The notes: generated by a model not told the origin, from the sequence alone. 64,000 bases of DNA from an uncultured Nitrosomonas sp. (GCA_964554625.1 CAZKPL010000001.1:10876-74875), one strand, 5' to 3'; positions 30,570 to 40,495 are shown, numbered from the stretch's first letter. Numbers and translations are program-made.

Positions 30570-30923
30570 TTATTGCTCATGATGAATCATAGTGGGCAAA
30601 CGGTCCTTTCCTCCAATGACATGGATATGAAGATGAAATACTTCTTGCCCGCCTACTCGCCCAGTATTGATAATCGTGCGAAATCCGCTCTCACAGCCCT
30701 GCTGCTTCGCTATTTGAGGGACCTGCCATAACATTTTTCCCAATAGCTGCTGGTCCGTCTCGCTCACATCATATAATGAGGCAATATGTCGCCTAGGTAT
30801 CAGCAGAAAATGGACCGGTGCAGCTGGATGGATATCATGAAAAGCAACAAGATCCTGGTCCTCATACACTTTTCTGGCGGGAATTTCTCCCCCTATAATC
30901 TTGCAAAAAATACACTCTTCCAT
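30570..30923 (-). CDS. HIT-family (HinT-like) nucleotide hydrolase
   Basis: 117 aa. CIFCKII opening and histidine triad HLHIHVIGG. Confidence 0.9.
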   Translation of the reverse strand: MEECIFCKIIGGEIPARKVYEDQDLVAFHDIHPAAPVHFLLIPRRHIASLYDVSETDQQLLGKMLWQVPQIAKQQGCESGFRTIINTGRVGGQEVFHLHIHVIGGKDRLPTMIHHEQ

Positions 30924-31253
30924 TTACTGCCCTGTTTTACGCGATAGTTTTTCTTCAATACCCGAGATACCTTCCCGTCGCTCCAATTCGTTCAGCACAT
31001 CCTCGGGTTTCAATCCATGATGCGCCAGCAACACGAGACAATGAAACCATAAATCCGCGATTTCATAAACAAGATGCTTTGTATTCCCGTCTTTTGAAGC
31101 CATAATAGCTTCCGCGGCTTCTTCGGCAATTTTTTTGAGTATTTTGTCCTGGCCGCTGCTGAGCAGTTTTGCGACATAAGAATCAGAAGAATATGCGCTT
31201 TTACGTGCCTCGATAGTTTCTGCCAAGCGATCAAGGATGCATAAATCGGTCAT
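30924..31253 (-). CDS. hisE: Phosphoribosyl-ATP pyrophosphatase
   Basis: 109 aa. [21 protein letters not shown] and [12 protein letters not shown]. Confidence 0.9.
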   Translation of the reverse strand: MTDLCILDRLAETIEARKSAYSSDSYVAKLLSSGQDKILKKIAEEAAEAIMASKDGNTKHLVYEIADLWFHCLVLLAHHGLKPEDVLNELERREGISGIEEKLSRKTGQ

Positions 31254-31639
31254 TACTTGTAGATCTCCACAGGATCCTTAATTACGGGCGCTGTTACCAC
31301 CCATTGATTCTCTTCCAGCTTATTGAAAAAACAACTCTGCCTGCCTGTGTGGCATGCGATCCCTCCTACTTGCTCTACAGAAAGCAATATCACATCTTCA
31401 TCACAGTCCAGGTAAACCGCTTTTACTTTCTGAACATGGCCAGATTCTTCCCCTTTGCGCCAAATCTTTTTGCGAGAACGCGACCAATAAACAGCCTCGC
31501 CTGTCTCGGCAGTCAATTTGATAGCGTCTCGATTCATCCAGGCAACCATCAGCACTTTACCGCTCTGTTCATCTTGCGCAATGACAGGCACCAGCCCATC
31601 CGCAGACCAATTTATTTTATTAAGCCAAGTATCTGACAT
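31253..31639 (-). CDS. hisI: Phosphoribosyl-AMP cyclohydrolase
   Basis: 128 aa. LVPVIAQD...[20 protein letters not shown], and DCD.D.ILL.V.Q.GG.ACHTG..SCF. Confidence 0.9.
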   Translation of the reverse strand: MSDTWLNKINWSADGLVPVIAQDEQSGKVLMVAWMNRDAIKLTAETGEAVYWSRSRKKIWRKGEESGHVQKVKAVYLDCDEDVILLSVEQVGGIACHTGRQSCFFNKLEENQWVVTAPVIKDPVEIYK

Positions 31640-31683
31640 AAACGCTCATCTTGATAAGGTATCACTACAATTTTATTTGAGTA

Positions 31684-32460
31684 TTACAAACGCACTTCAA
31701 TTCCATGTTTTGCTAAATATTGCTTGGCTTCCTGGATAGTATGCTGGCCATAGTGAAAAATACTGGCCGCCAACACCGCATCAGCATGGCCTTGCAGGAT
31801 ACCATCAACCAGGTGATCCAGGGTGCCTACCCCGCCACTGGCAATAATCGGCACGTCTATTGCGTCTGAAATGGCACGAGTCAAGGTCAGATCAAAACCG
31901 TTGCGTGTACCATCTCTGTCCATGCTGGTCAGTAAAATTTCGCCTGCACCCAGTGCCTGCATTTTTTTGGCCCATTCAATGGCATCGAGACCTGTTGCGT
32001 TACGGCCGCCGTGTGTAAACACCTCCCAGCACGGACCATGGCGCTTGTCACCCATGGCTTGTTTGGCATCTATGGCGACAACAATACACTGGGAGCCGTA
32101 ATGGCTAGCTGCATCTTCTACCAGTTGCGGATTGAGCACCGCAGAAGTGTTGATACTTACTTTGTCAGCGCCTGCATTTAACAACCGGCGGACATCTTCG
32201 ACTTTACGCACGCCCCCGCCAACAGTTAGCGGTATGAAGACTTGAGCCGCTACTTCTTCAACGATGTGCAGAATCAAATCGCGATTATCGGAACTGGCAG
32301 TGATATCAAGAAAAACCAGCTCATCAGCGCCTTGCTCATCGTAACGGCGGGCTATTTCCACAGGATCACCTGCGTCCCGGAGCGAAACAAAATTAACGCC
32401 CTTAACAACACGCCCATTATTGACATCAAGACACGGAATAATACGTTTGGCAAGGCCCAT
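31684..32460 (-). CDS. hisF: Imidazole glycerol phosphate synthase cyclase subunit
   Basis: The ORF runs to 32490, but the conserved start is [13 protein letters not shown] at 32460. Also [11 protein letters not shown] and SGGVG. Confidence 0.93.
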   Translation of the reverse strand: MGLAKRIIPCLDVNNGRVVKGVNFVSLRDAGDPVEIARRYDEQGADELVFLDITASSDNRDLILHIVEEVAAQVFIPLTVGGGVRKVEDVRRLLNAGADKVSINTSAVLNPQLVEDAASHYGSQCIVVAIDAKQAMGDKRHGPCWEVFTHGGRNATGLDAIEWAKKMQALGAGEILLTSMDRDGTRNGFDLTLTRAISDAIDVPIIASGGVGTLDHLVDGILQGHADAVLAASIFHYGQHTIQEAKQYLAKHGIEVRL

Positions 32461-32551
32461 GAATCCAGAAACCTTTACAATATGGAACAAAAATAAAGAA
32501 GAAACATGTGAGCAGACTTGAATTCCATTGACGACATCATGTTATTTCTGG

Positions 32552-33298
32552 CTAAACCAGCGCACTCAGTTTGTCAGCCAATAATTGCGCTTCTTTAAAA
32601 TCCAGCGTGCCTTGATAGATAGCTCGACCCGTAATCGCGCCTATTATGCCTTCTGACTCAATCTCACACAGTGTCTTAATATCGTCCAGATTGGTAATTC
32701 CGCCACTGGCAACAACCGGAACGGTCAGTTTCCGCGCCAACGCTATGGTTGCCTCAATATTGATGCCTGTCAGCATGCCGTCACGGCCAATGTCAGTATA
32801 AATGATCGCTTCGACACCATAATCCTCAAACTTTTTCGCCAAATCCACGACATCATGGCCAGTGACCTTGGACCAGCCATCCACCGCCACCTTACCATCT
32901 TTGGCATCAAGTCCTACCATAATCTGGCCGGGGAAGGCATAGCACGCATCATGCAGAAATCCAGGGATTTTCACTGCGGCTGTTCCAATAATGACATAAG
33001 TAATGCCGCTATCCAGATAGCGTTCGATGGTTTCTAGATCGCGAATACCACCACCAAGTTGAATCGGGATATTTCCGTTAACCGACTTGACAATGGCACG
33101 AATAGCTGACTCATTCTTCGGTTTACCAGCAAATGCGCCATTTAGATCAACTAAATGTAATCGACGCGCACCTTGCTCCAACCAATGCTGGGCTATAGCA
33201 TCAGGGTTTTCAGAAAATACCGTTGCGTCATCCATGACTCCTTGTTTAAGACGTACGCACTGTCCATCTTTGAGGTCTATCGCGGGAATAATCAGCAT
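32552..33298 (-). CDS. hisA: ProFAR isomerase
   Basis: 248 aa. [34 protein letters not shown]. Confidence 0.93.
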   Translation of the reverse strand: MLIIPAIDLKDGQCVRLKQGVMDDATVFSENPDAIAQHWLEQGARRLHLVDLNGAFAGKPKNESAIRAIVKSVNGNIPIQLGGGIRDLETIERYLDSGITYVIIGTAAVKIPGFLHDACYAFPGQIMVGLDAKDGKVAVDGWSKVTGHDVVDLAKKFEDYGVEAIIYTDIGRDGMLTGINIEATIALARKLTVPVVASGGITNLDDIKTLCEIESEGIIGAITGRAIYQGTLDFKEAQLLADKLSALV

Positions 33299-33371
33299 AT
33301 GTTGTCAGGATAAATAATTGAGAATAAAAAAACCGGACTGAAAAAAACCATATGTAGTGAATTGAATTGTA

Positions 33372-34022
33372 CTAATGACTGGAGCGTGGGTCCCACCTGG
33401 TAAAATTACTTAATAACGTCAGTCCCGCCAGTTGGCTTTTTTCCGGGTGGAACTGAACAGCAAAAATATTACCCTGAGCGATTGCGCAAGTAAACGGGAT
33501 AGGGTAAAGCGTGTAGGCAGCCGTTATTTCCGGCTTGTCTGTTTCCACATAGTAGCTATGAACAAAATAAAAACGCGCATCATTGGCAATGCCATCCCAT
33601 AATGGGTGCTGGATTATTTGGCTCACCTGATTCCAGCCCATGTGAGGAACTTTGAGCTTGTTTCCATCAGAATCTATCATTGCATCATGCGAGAAATGGC
33701 GCACTCTGCCAGGCAAAATGCCTAACCCCCTAACATTTCCTTCTTCACTTTCATCAAACAACATCTGCAGACCGAGGCAAATACCGAGAAAAGGCTTATT
33801 CCTAGCTGCATCCAGCACAACATCCTTTAATCCGCGTATCGTTAGCTCATGCATACAATTAGGCATTGCGCCCTGACCAGGCACGACAACGCGTGACGCT
33901 TTTTGTACAACGGATGGATCACTGGTTACAACAATAGAAGCCGTGGGTGCGGCATACTCAAGAGCCTTGGATACTGAACGTAAATTACCCATTCCGTAAT
34001 CAACAATGGCGATATCAGTCAT
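33372..34022 (-). CDS. hisH: Imidazole glycerol phosphate synthase glutaminase subunit
   Basis: 216 aa. IAIVDYGMGNLRSV, nucleophile in GICLGLQ, and FAVQFHPEKS. Confidence 0.93.
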   Translation of the reverse strand: MTDIAIVDYGMGNLRSVSKALEYAAPTASIVVTSDPSVVQKASRVVVPGQGAMPNCMHELTIRGLKDVVLDAARNKPFLGICLGLQMLFDESEEGNVRGLGILPGRVRHFSHDAMIDSDGNKLKVPHMGWNQVSQIIQHPLWDGIANDARFYFVHSYYVETDKPEITAAYTLYPIPFTCAIAQGNIFAVQFHPEKSQLAGLTLLSNFTRWDPRSSH

Positions 34023-34043
34023 ACTTGATTTGAGAAATAAAGT

Positions 34044-34631
34044 TTACAAAGAACCTTTTGTAGAAGGAATGAGATCGGCAGCACGAGGATCTGCTTCCAA
34101 AGCCATACGCAAGGCACGTCCAAAAGCCTTAAAAAGGGTTTCTGCCTGATGGTGCGCATTATTGCCTGAGAGATTATCTATGTGCAAGGTGATCATGGCG
34201 TGGTTAACTAAACCTTGAAAAAACTCATGTATCAGATCGACATCAAATTCACCAATACGTGCGCGTACAAATTGGACATGGAATACCATTCCAGGGCGAC
34301 CCGACAGATCAATCACCACTCTTGACAATGCCTCATCTAGCGGCACATAGGCATGTCCGTAGCGACGTATGCCCTTTTTGTTTCCAAATGCCTGGGCTAG
34401 CGCCTGCCCAAACGTAATACCAATATCTTCTACAGTATGATGTGCATCGATATGCAGATCACCTTTTGCCTTTATTTTCAGATCAATCATTCCATGACGC
34501 GCGATCTGATCAAGCATATGATCGAGAAAAGGCACGCCGGTATCGAGCATTACCTCACCCTTGCCATCCAGATTGATCTCGACAGTAACTTGAGTTTCCA
34601 GCGTATTACGTGTGACTTGAGCTTGACGCAT
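34044..34631 (-). CDS. hisB: Imidazoleglycerol-phosphate dehydratase
   Basis: 195 aa. [26 protein letters not shown]. Confidence 0.93.
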   Translation of the reverse strand: MRQAQVTRNTLETQVTVEINLDGKGEVMLDTGVPFLDHMLDQIARHGMIDLKIKAKGDLHIDAHHTVEDIGITFGQALAQAFGNKKGIRRYGHAYVPLDEALSRVVIDLSGRPGMVFHVQFVRARIGEFDVDLIHEFFQGLVNHAMITLHIDNLSGNNAHHQAETLFKAFGRALRMALEADPRAADLIPSTKGSL

Positions 34632-34662
34632 AGAGAAATTCTGTTTCGTGAATTATGTACGA

Positions 34663-35751
34663 TCAGGCGAGTTGTAAGGGTCTCTCAAGGATACGGCGCA
34701 GTGTTTTGCAGAATTGTGTATTTTCATCAGAAGTACCTACCGTGACGCGCAGGCAGTTTTTTAATAATGGATGTGTACCATCAAGATTCTTGATTAATAT
34801 ACCGTGTTGCTGAAGTTCTTGAAAAATCCGGCTAGCCTCATTGAGGCGAAATAAAACAAAATTTGCATCCGATGGAAAAACCTCAATACTTCCCATCGTT
34901 GCCAGACGGGCTCTCAGAATAGTACGCTCCGCTTTAATCGAAGCAGCCTGCTCCAGCAATATATCATAATGCTGAAGTACTCTCTCTACAAGCAGTTGCG
35001 TCATGATCCCTACATTGTAGGGTAAACGCAGCTTTTCCAGTTGCGCCAGCCATTCAGGCCTGCCAACCAGCAGCCCCAATCTTAATCCAGCCAATCCTAA
35101 TTTTGAGAGCGTCCGCATCAGCAATAAATTAGGGTATTGAGCGAGCATATCCATGAAAGTTGCATCAGCAAAAGCATGATAGGCTTCATCGACAATGACG
35201 ATACCAGGCGTAGCCTCAATAATACGGCAGATTGCCTCAGCATCAAACAAATTACCACTTGGGTTATTGGGATAAGCCAGAAAAATAACTGCAGGCTGGT
35301 GTTGGGAAATAGCAGCCAGCATCGCATCCAAATCGAGAGAAAAATCAGTGGCTAATGGGACCCCTACATAACTCATTCCACAAAAGGTAGCAATGATGCG
35401 AAACATGGCAAAACCCGGATCAACCCCCATTAATACTGCTCCTGGTTTAGCCGTGGCAAGTGCGATGATCTGAATAATTTCATCGGATCCATTTCCCAAC
35501 ATAACCGCCATTTCGGAAGGAATGGACAGCGTATTTCTTAATGCAGCCTTAAGTGATGCAGCGCCAGGATCGGGATAACGGTTGATATGAGCATCCTCCG
35601 CTAATTGAGAAATCTCTTCGCGCAGGATCAAGGGTAACGTATAAGGATTCTCCATTGCATCCAATTTTATCATGCCACCTGCAGGAGGAACGTGATAAGC
35701 AGAGAGCGCAAGAATTTCCGGACGGATGATACTCTCAAGTAAATTGGACAT
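34663..35751 (-). CDS. hisC: Histidinol-phosphate aminotransferase
   Basis: 362 aa. [15 protein letters not shown]-type region YPNNPSGN, and PLP lysine in [13 protein letters not shown]. Confidence 0.9.
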   Translation of the reverse strand: MSNLLESIIRPEILALSAYHVPPAGGMIKLDAMENPYTLPLILREEISQLAEDAHINRYPDPGAASLKAALRNTLSIPSEMAVMLGNGSDEIIQIIALATAKPGAVLMGVDPGFAMFRIIATFCGMSYVGVPLATDFSLDLDAMLAAISQHQPAVIFLAYPNNPSGNLFDAEAICRIIEATPGIVIVDEAYHAFADATFMDMLAQYPNLLLMRTLSKLGLAGLRLGLLVGRPEWLAQLEKLRLPYNVGIMTQLLVERVLQHYDILLEQAASIKAERTILRARLATMGSIEVFPSDANFVLFRLNEASRIFQELQQHGILIKNLDGTHPLLKNCLRVTVGTSDENTQFCKTLRRILERPLQLA

Positions 35752-36073
35752 GCTATTTGATCAAAACAACGGTAGATCTAGGCCTGAAAAACAAGAAATT
35801 GTGTAAAGCATTTAATTACAGCAAGTTAAATGAAAAATCGATATCGATTAGCCGATAATGTTACATAAATTAAACTGTCCGCTTTGACGGAAAAATAATC
35901 ACTCATCATCCCGTTTCTGTTCTTATTAGATAACGCTCTTCATCCTATTCCCAGATGAGAGGTATCTTCAACTCCAATATTACAAAGTTTAACACACACG
36001 ATTAGAAACCAAAGCATTAAAAAAGCTTTTAAGGTCCGGGGTTATTCAATGACGACGAATCAATCAGCTCTTT

Positions 36074-36367
36074 TTATAATGAATCATGATCTTTTTTCTC
36101 TTGCCACGTTATATACAAAAAAATACCCACAATGATTGCAACGGGAAAAATCACATAATAACCAAGCGCATAGCTTGCATCCGCATCCTGCCCAGCTGGT
36201 AGAGGGCTGCTCATAATTTTATAGCCATGGAATACCGCTACAAAAAATACACCCACCAACCCTGCTATTCGACGATTGATTAAAATCCGGCCCGCTATCA
36301 GGTTAAGTCCATGGATGGCAAAGTATCCAAGGAAATAAATAGCCGCATAAAAAATTAGAGCACCCAT
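36074..36367 (-). CDS. Hypothetical small membrane protein
   Basis: 97 aa with three hydrophobic helices. No recognisable motif. Confidence 0.5.
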   Translation of the reverse strand: MGALIFYAAIYFLGYFAIHGLNLIAGRILINRRIAGLVGVFFVAVFHGYKIMSSPLPAGQDADASYALGYYVIFPVAIIVGIFLYITWQEKKDHDSL

Positions 36368-36960
36368 TGAGATCTATAGATTTAAGAGTTTGTCGGACAA
36401 ATTAAATAGACTGCCAAATCTTTTTCACTTGGCGATAATACCTAAACACTTGATCAATAATCAACTTGTATTCCGCATCCGGATAAGTCCAAATGTGTAG
36501 TTTGACTGCAAACTCGAATAGTGATGCCATTGCTCGCGCCCGACCTATACTCCAACCATGCTTTCCGCCCGTCATTATGACCAGAATATTGCACAGAAAT
36601 ACTCACCCAGTATATTTTTATCTATCGCCTAAATAATATAATAATCAATGCCGATAACCTATTTATAAACATGCATTCAGACTTCCTCAATTCTTCGTAC
36701 TTGAAGTGCTGCTATCATGCAAGAAACTTGAATATGTGAGCGCACGACACCTCTATTGGAACAAAAACCACGCGCAATGCTTTGCTCACGACCCAACAAT
36801 CAGAAACCACTCTACTTCTGCCTGCAAGCATCAGCACAATCTCTGCCTGGCAAAAGAATACCTAATACAGCAATCAAGCCCCCTCTACAGAAGATGGATC
36901 ACTGCAATGCATTGTAGAACAGATATCTAGTCGCTTTGCTACTATGGAAAGAGAGATAGC

Positions 36961-38169
36961 ATGAATGAAAATCATGATTACATAAAAGCTGATGACAGCG
37001 AGGCTCACAGCAAGATAGAACTCATCACCGAACTGCAAGCACATCGGATAGAATTAGAAACTCAAAACCGCAAGCTTAGGGATATGCAACAGCAATTGGA
37101 AGAAATGCGCAGTCACTATGCCGATCTCTATGAGAATGCTCCCGTAGGTTATCTTACGCTGAATAAAGCCGGGAACATTCTGGCAATCAATCTGACCGGA
37201 TCTGCCCTCCTCGGCAAGAAGCGCGCCTCCATTTTGAATAAATCTTTCTTAAGCTACATTATTCACGATGACAATTACAGGTTTCTTAACCACCTGCAGC
37301 AAACCTTTAATTCCTCCCATAACATTGTCACTGAGCTAAGAATCAAAGGAACTTCCAATAAGGTAATCCACATACGCATGGAAAGTTTGGTCACGAAAGA
37401 TACCGACACTTGCCGCACAGTAATGACCAATATTACCCCTGTTAAAGAAAAGAAATACCTCGACCAAGAATTGCTGAATGGAAGCCGCCGACTGATGCAG
37501 AACCTGTTCAAAATGCAGGAAGAAGAACGGCGCTTTCTTGCGCGAGAACTGCATGATGAATTAGGCCAATGGCTTACCGCCATTCACGCAGAAACGGAAA
37601 CGATCGCTTATTTCTCCGATCAAGATTCCACCACCCACACCAGCGCTCAAGCCATTAAACGATGCGTAAAAAAAATGCACGAAGTAATGCGCGATATGCT
37701 GCGCCAATTACGTCCTACGCTATTAGACACACTCGGGCTGGAAGACGCTTTACTTGAATTAAGAGAACAGTGGATCACACACAATCCCCATATTACCCTC
37801 AAACTCAAGTTCGAAGGCTCTCTGGATAAACTCAATGAACACACCAATATCACCATATTTCGCATTATTCAGGAAGCGCTCAATAATGTCCGCAATCATG
37901 CGCAAGCCACCCGGGTTCTCATTCGTTTGAATCGTAAAACTGGCGCAACCGCCGCAGAGGATGTCTTGTCGCTCAGCGTGAGCGACAATGGCAAGGGTTA
38001 CAATACCGATCAAACACCTAAAGGGCTGGGACTGCTAGGAATACGTGAACGGGCCATCGCCTCAGGCGGCAAATTTTTTGTTCGTAGCATTCCCAATCAT
38101 GGAACACAAATTCATGTCAAATTGCCACTTGACTCCTCAAACAGAAGGAGAAAGACGGACAACCTTTAA
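36961..38169 (+). CDS. Cytoplasmic PAS sensor histidine kinase, NarX/HisKA_3 class
   Basis: 402 aa with no TM segment. N-terminal coiled coil ELQAHRIELETQNRKLRDMQQQLEE feeds a PAS box LYENAPVGYLTLNKAGNILAINLTGSALLG. HisKA_3 H-box RFLARELHDELGQ. HATPase_c N and G boxes (EALNNVRNHA, DNGKGY, GLGLLGIRER). Confidence 0.9.
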   Translation: MNENHDYIKADDSEAHSKIELITELQAHRIELETQNRKLRDMQQQLEEMRSHYADLYENAPVGYLTLNKAGNILAINLTGSALLGKKRASILNKSFLSYIIHDDNYRFLNHLQQTFNSSHNIVTELRIKGTSNKVIHIRMESLVTKDTDTCRTVMTNITPVKEKKYLDQELLNGSRRLMQNLFKMQEEERRFLARELHDELGQWLTAIHAETETIAYFSDQDSTTHTSAQAIKRCVKKMHEVMRDMLRQLRPTLLDTLGLEDALLELREQWITHNPHITLKLKFEGSLDKLNEHTNITIFRIIQEALNNVRNHAQATRVLIRLNRKTGATAAEDVLSLSVSDNGKGYNTDQTPKGLGLLGIRERAIASGGKFFVRSIPNHGTQIHVKLPLDSSNRRRKTDNL

Positions 38170-38328
38170 CAAACAAGCTAAACGAATCAATCAAAGTGAT
38201 GTCAGTGACATGATCCTCTGCGGCATGCGTTGGTTTTGCGTTCCAAGACTCTAATTTTGGTTATCCTGGGAAAGAATCATCCACCTCACAAACATATCAC
38301 TTCCCGCCACCTATTTAATGATGCAATT

Positions 38329-38341
38329 AAGGAATTTCCTT
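38329..38341. promoter_or_regulatory. Perfect 6-1-6 palindrome AAGGAA-T-TTCCTT upstream of the LuxR-type regulator gene
   Basis: Read directly. It lies 180 nt upstream of the GTG start at 38522. A near-copy, AAAGAATTTCCCT, occurs at 39315-39327. Confidence 0.25.
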
Positions 38342-38521
38342 AGATCAAAATAAGCTCTACACTTATTCTATTACTTCGCCCAATGCCTCAGAATATATTG
38401 CAATGATTCAATTAAGAGTACTCGCAATGAGAAATACAGTGGCTCCGTTTAACCAAGCTCAACAGTAATACTGTTTAAAATTCGCGTTAGTTCTCACTGA
38501 AACAGCAGGAGGGTTCGAATT

Positions 38522-39178
38522 GTGAGACAAAAGCCAGTTACGGTGCTACTCATCGATGACCATCCGGTAGTACGCAATGGGTATCGCCGTCTACTTGAAA
38601 GCACCTCGGATATTCATGTCTTAGCCGATGCTGATAATGGAGAAACCGGCTGTAGCCTTTATCAAGAATATATGCCCGATGTGACCATTATTGATCTGAA
38701 TCTGGACAAACAAGGCATTGATGGCCTGGAAACCATTCATCGCATCAAAACAAAAAATCCGGCTGCGAATATTCTGGTATTCAGCATGCACAGCAATGAA
38801 ATCATGGTCCAGCGCGCGTTAAAGATGGGCGCAACAGGGTACATCACCAAGCAAAGCAACCTCGAGCAATTGCTAAAAGCAGTCCGCCAGGTGAGCCAGG
38901 GACGCGTGTATATTGATCCGGAATTGGCTTCAAATTTACTTACCGACAAAGTGCTCGGCAAATCCTCCGGAAATCCTTTGCATGTTCTTTCCAAGCGCGA
39001 ATTTCAGCTGTTTAAATTGCTGGCGGAGGGGAATTCAGTGGCACAAATTGCGGAAATGATTTCTATCAGCCCTAAGACTGTTGGCGTCCACCAGGCAAGC
39101 ATCATGAAGAAATTAAAATTACAGAACACCTCTCAGCTTGTGCGCCTCGCCATCAATTGCAAGGTTATTCAAGCGTAG
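38522..39178 (+). CDS. NarL/FixJ (LuxR-type HTH) response regulator
   Basis: 218 aa. GTG start 9 nt after AGGAGG. VLLIDDHPVVRNGY, IIDLNL, a receiver Lys region, and C-terminal LSKREFQLFKLLAEGNSVAQIAEMISISPKTVGVHQASIMKKL. Confidence 0.9.
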   Translation: MRQKPVTVLLIDDHPVVRNGYRRLLESTSDIHVLADADNGETGCSLYQEYMPDVTIIDLNLDKQGIDGLETIHRIKTKNPAANILVFSMHSNEIMVQRALKMGATGYITKQSNLEQLLKAVRQVSQGRVYIDPELASNLLTDKVLGKSSGNPLHVLSKREFQLFKLLAEGNSVAQIAEMISISPKTVGVHQASIMKKLKLQNTSQLVRLAINCKVIQA

Positions 39179-39314
39179 CATTTATTTAATCTGCAGCATC
39201 TCACAACTTCAGGCTGCAACCAGTTTGCGCGCTTTTCATCAACTCGCTTTCTTGCCACAAATAAAAAACGACAGTTTGTCCGCAACTGAACTTGAGTGCT
39301 TTCAATTCATTTTT

Positions 39315-39327
39315 AAAGAATTTCCCT
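39315..39327. promoter_or_regulatory. GAATTTCC-core half-palindromic site upstream of the repeat-protein gene
   Basis: AAAGAATTTCCCT lies 129 nt upstream of the ATG at 39456. It shares the GAATTTCC core with 38329-38341. Confidence 0.2.
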
Positions 39328-39455
39328 ATATAAAATTAGAGCCTTTGCTTATTCCTTTATTTTAGGCGCTTCATAAAATATGAGACACCTAACTTAAACA
39401 TTCGTTTTAGTGTGGTGAAATCAGGATTAGTCAACTTTTATCAAGGAGAACTAAA

Positions 39456-40454
39456 ATGAATCAATTCAGCAAAAAAATCATCGCTGCAAGCATCGTGTTT
39501 GCTTTTGGGGTAGCAGGTAATGCTTTGGCCAATCCAAGTATCACTGAGGGAGATACCAATCCTGCCGGTAGTGCAGATAATAGCGGCTCAACGGCCATAG
39601 ATAACAATGTGAATAAAACCGCTACCGCCAATAATGGTCAAACCGGTCCGGGCACGATCGCGAATGAGTATGGAACTGCAACCGATAGCTCCAATAACTC
39701 GGATAACTCCAATCACTCTGATAACTCTAATCACTCCGATAACAGCGCTAACAATTCTGTTAACGATAGCAACAATCCCGACAGCTCTGTCAACAACAGC
39801 AACAATACCGCCGATAGCAACAATCCCAACAGCTCTACCAACGACAGCAACAACACTGCCGATAGCGGCAATGATAACAGCTCTGCAAGCGCCAGCGCAC
39901 AAGGCTCAGCAGCAGCTAACGGCGCCAGCACTGCATCGGTAGACAACAGCGATAACAGCGATAATAGCGATAACAGCGATAACAGCCTCGCAGACGCCAG
40001 CGCGCAAGGCTCAGCAGCAGCTAACAATGGCGGCACTGCCACTGCATCGACTGATAACACCAATAACAGCGATAACAGCACCACAACCGCAAATGGCACA
40101 GGATCGGCAGCTGCCAATGGTGGCACTGCAACCTCCAATTATAGCGATAGCAGCGATCACAGCTCCACGACTGCGAGTGGTGCAGGAACGGCAGCCTCCA
40201 ACCATGGCGACGCAACCGCCACCTACTCAGTCAATAATTCAACACTGGAAGGCTCGGTTACCGGTGCGGGAGTCTCCACTGCTTTGGGTGATGCAGATAA
40301 CAGCAGCGCTAATACTATCACCGCCAGCAATAGCATAGACAATGCCTTCAATGGCGCTGCAGGCATCAACCAAGCCGTTCAGAATCACGGCGCCAATGCC
40401 TTGGCGCAACAGCAAGTGTCTTTCCAAGGCAACGTGAATGTCAACCCTCAATAA
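39456..40454 (+). CDS. Secreted Asn/Ser/Asp/Ala/Thr/Gly low-complexity repeat protein (candidate fibre or major subunit)
   Basis: 332 aa. AAGGAG RBS. Signal peptide KKIIAASIVFAFGVAGNALA-NPS. DNS/NHS/NNS tracts and four G(S/T)AA(A/S)N..G.(T)A(T) modules. C-terminal IDNAFNGAAGINQAVQNHGANALAQQQVSFQGNVNV. Almost no basic or large hydrophobic residues after the signal peptide. Confidence 0.85.
   Translation: MNQFSKKIIAASIVFAFGVAGNALANPSITEGDTNPAGSADNSGSTAIDNNVNKTATANNGQTGPGTIANEYGTATDSSNNSDNSNHSDNSNHSDNSANNSVNDSNNPDSSVNNSNNTADSNNPNSSTNDSNNTADSGNDNSSASASAQGSAAANGASTASVDNSDNSDNSDNSDNSLADASAQGSAAANNGGTATASTDNTNNSDNSTTTANGTGSAAANGGTATSNYSDSSDHSSTTASGAGTAASNHGDATATYSVNNSTLEGSVTGAGVSTALGDADNSSANTITASNSIDNAFNGAAGINQAVQNHGANALAQQQVSFQGNVNVNPQ
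39702..39737 (+). repeat. 18-nt in-frame tandem repeat x2 (DNSNHS)
   Basis: gataactccaatcactct / gataactctaatcactcc, with 2 differences. Confidence 0.9.
39768..39863 (+). repeat. 48-nt in-frame tandem repeat x2 (SNNPDSSVNNSNNTAD / SNNPNSSTNDSNNTAD)
   Basis: Two adjacent 48-nt units differing at 6 positions, by my alignment. Confidence 0.9.
39891..40080 (+). repeat. Direct repeat with 105-nt period (ASAQGSAAAN...DNSDNS module)
   Basis: gccagcgcacaaggctcagcagcagctaac at 39891 recurs as gccagcgcgcaaggctcagcagcagctaac at 39996. The downstream parts have diverged. Confidence 0.8.
39942..39986 (+). repeat. 9-nt in-frame tandem repeat x5 (DNS)5
   Basis: gacaacagc gataacagc gataatagc gataacagc gataacagc. 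Confidence 0.95.
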
Positions 40455-40495
40455 CTAGAGTTGTAAGCAGCATTACAGTGCTTTAGTGAGAGAGA

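Noticed and set aside
39942-39986. Short regularly spaced repeats that could superficially suggest a CRISPR or other array.
   Set aside because: The period is only 9 nt with no spacers, and the repeats lie in frame inside a coding sequence. No cas genes are present and no 24-40 nt repeat/spacer structure occurs anywhere in the window.
39588-40451. Six ORFs of 64-135 aa in alternative frames and on the opposite strand of the repeat-protein gene (39588-39902, 39634-39942, 39731-40138, 40011-40205, 40021-40215, 40027-40338, 40239-40451).
   Set aside because: They are by-products of the stop-poor, codon-repetitive AAC/AGC/GAT/GCN sequence. Their products are nonsensical Leu/Ile/Ala or Pro/Ile/Thr strings. 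Only the + frame from 39456 has an RBS, a signal peptide and a meaningful C-terminal module.
39456-40454. Idea that the many N-x-S/T triplets (NNS, NHS, NDS, NNT, NKT, NYS) mark the repeat protein as an N-glycosylation substrate, possibly linked to the GT at 3799-5010.
   Set aside because: No HMW1C-like or PglB-like transferase is in the locus. The GT4 gene is 35 kb away in an unrelated islet. Sequon abundance follows trivially from the Asn/Ser composition.
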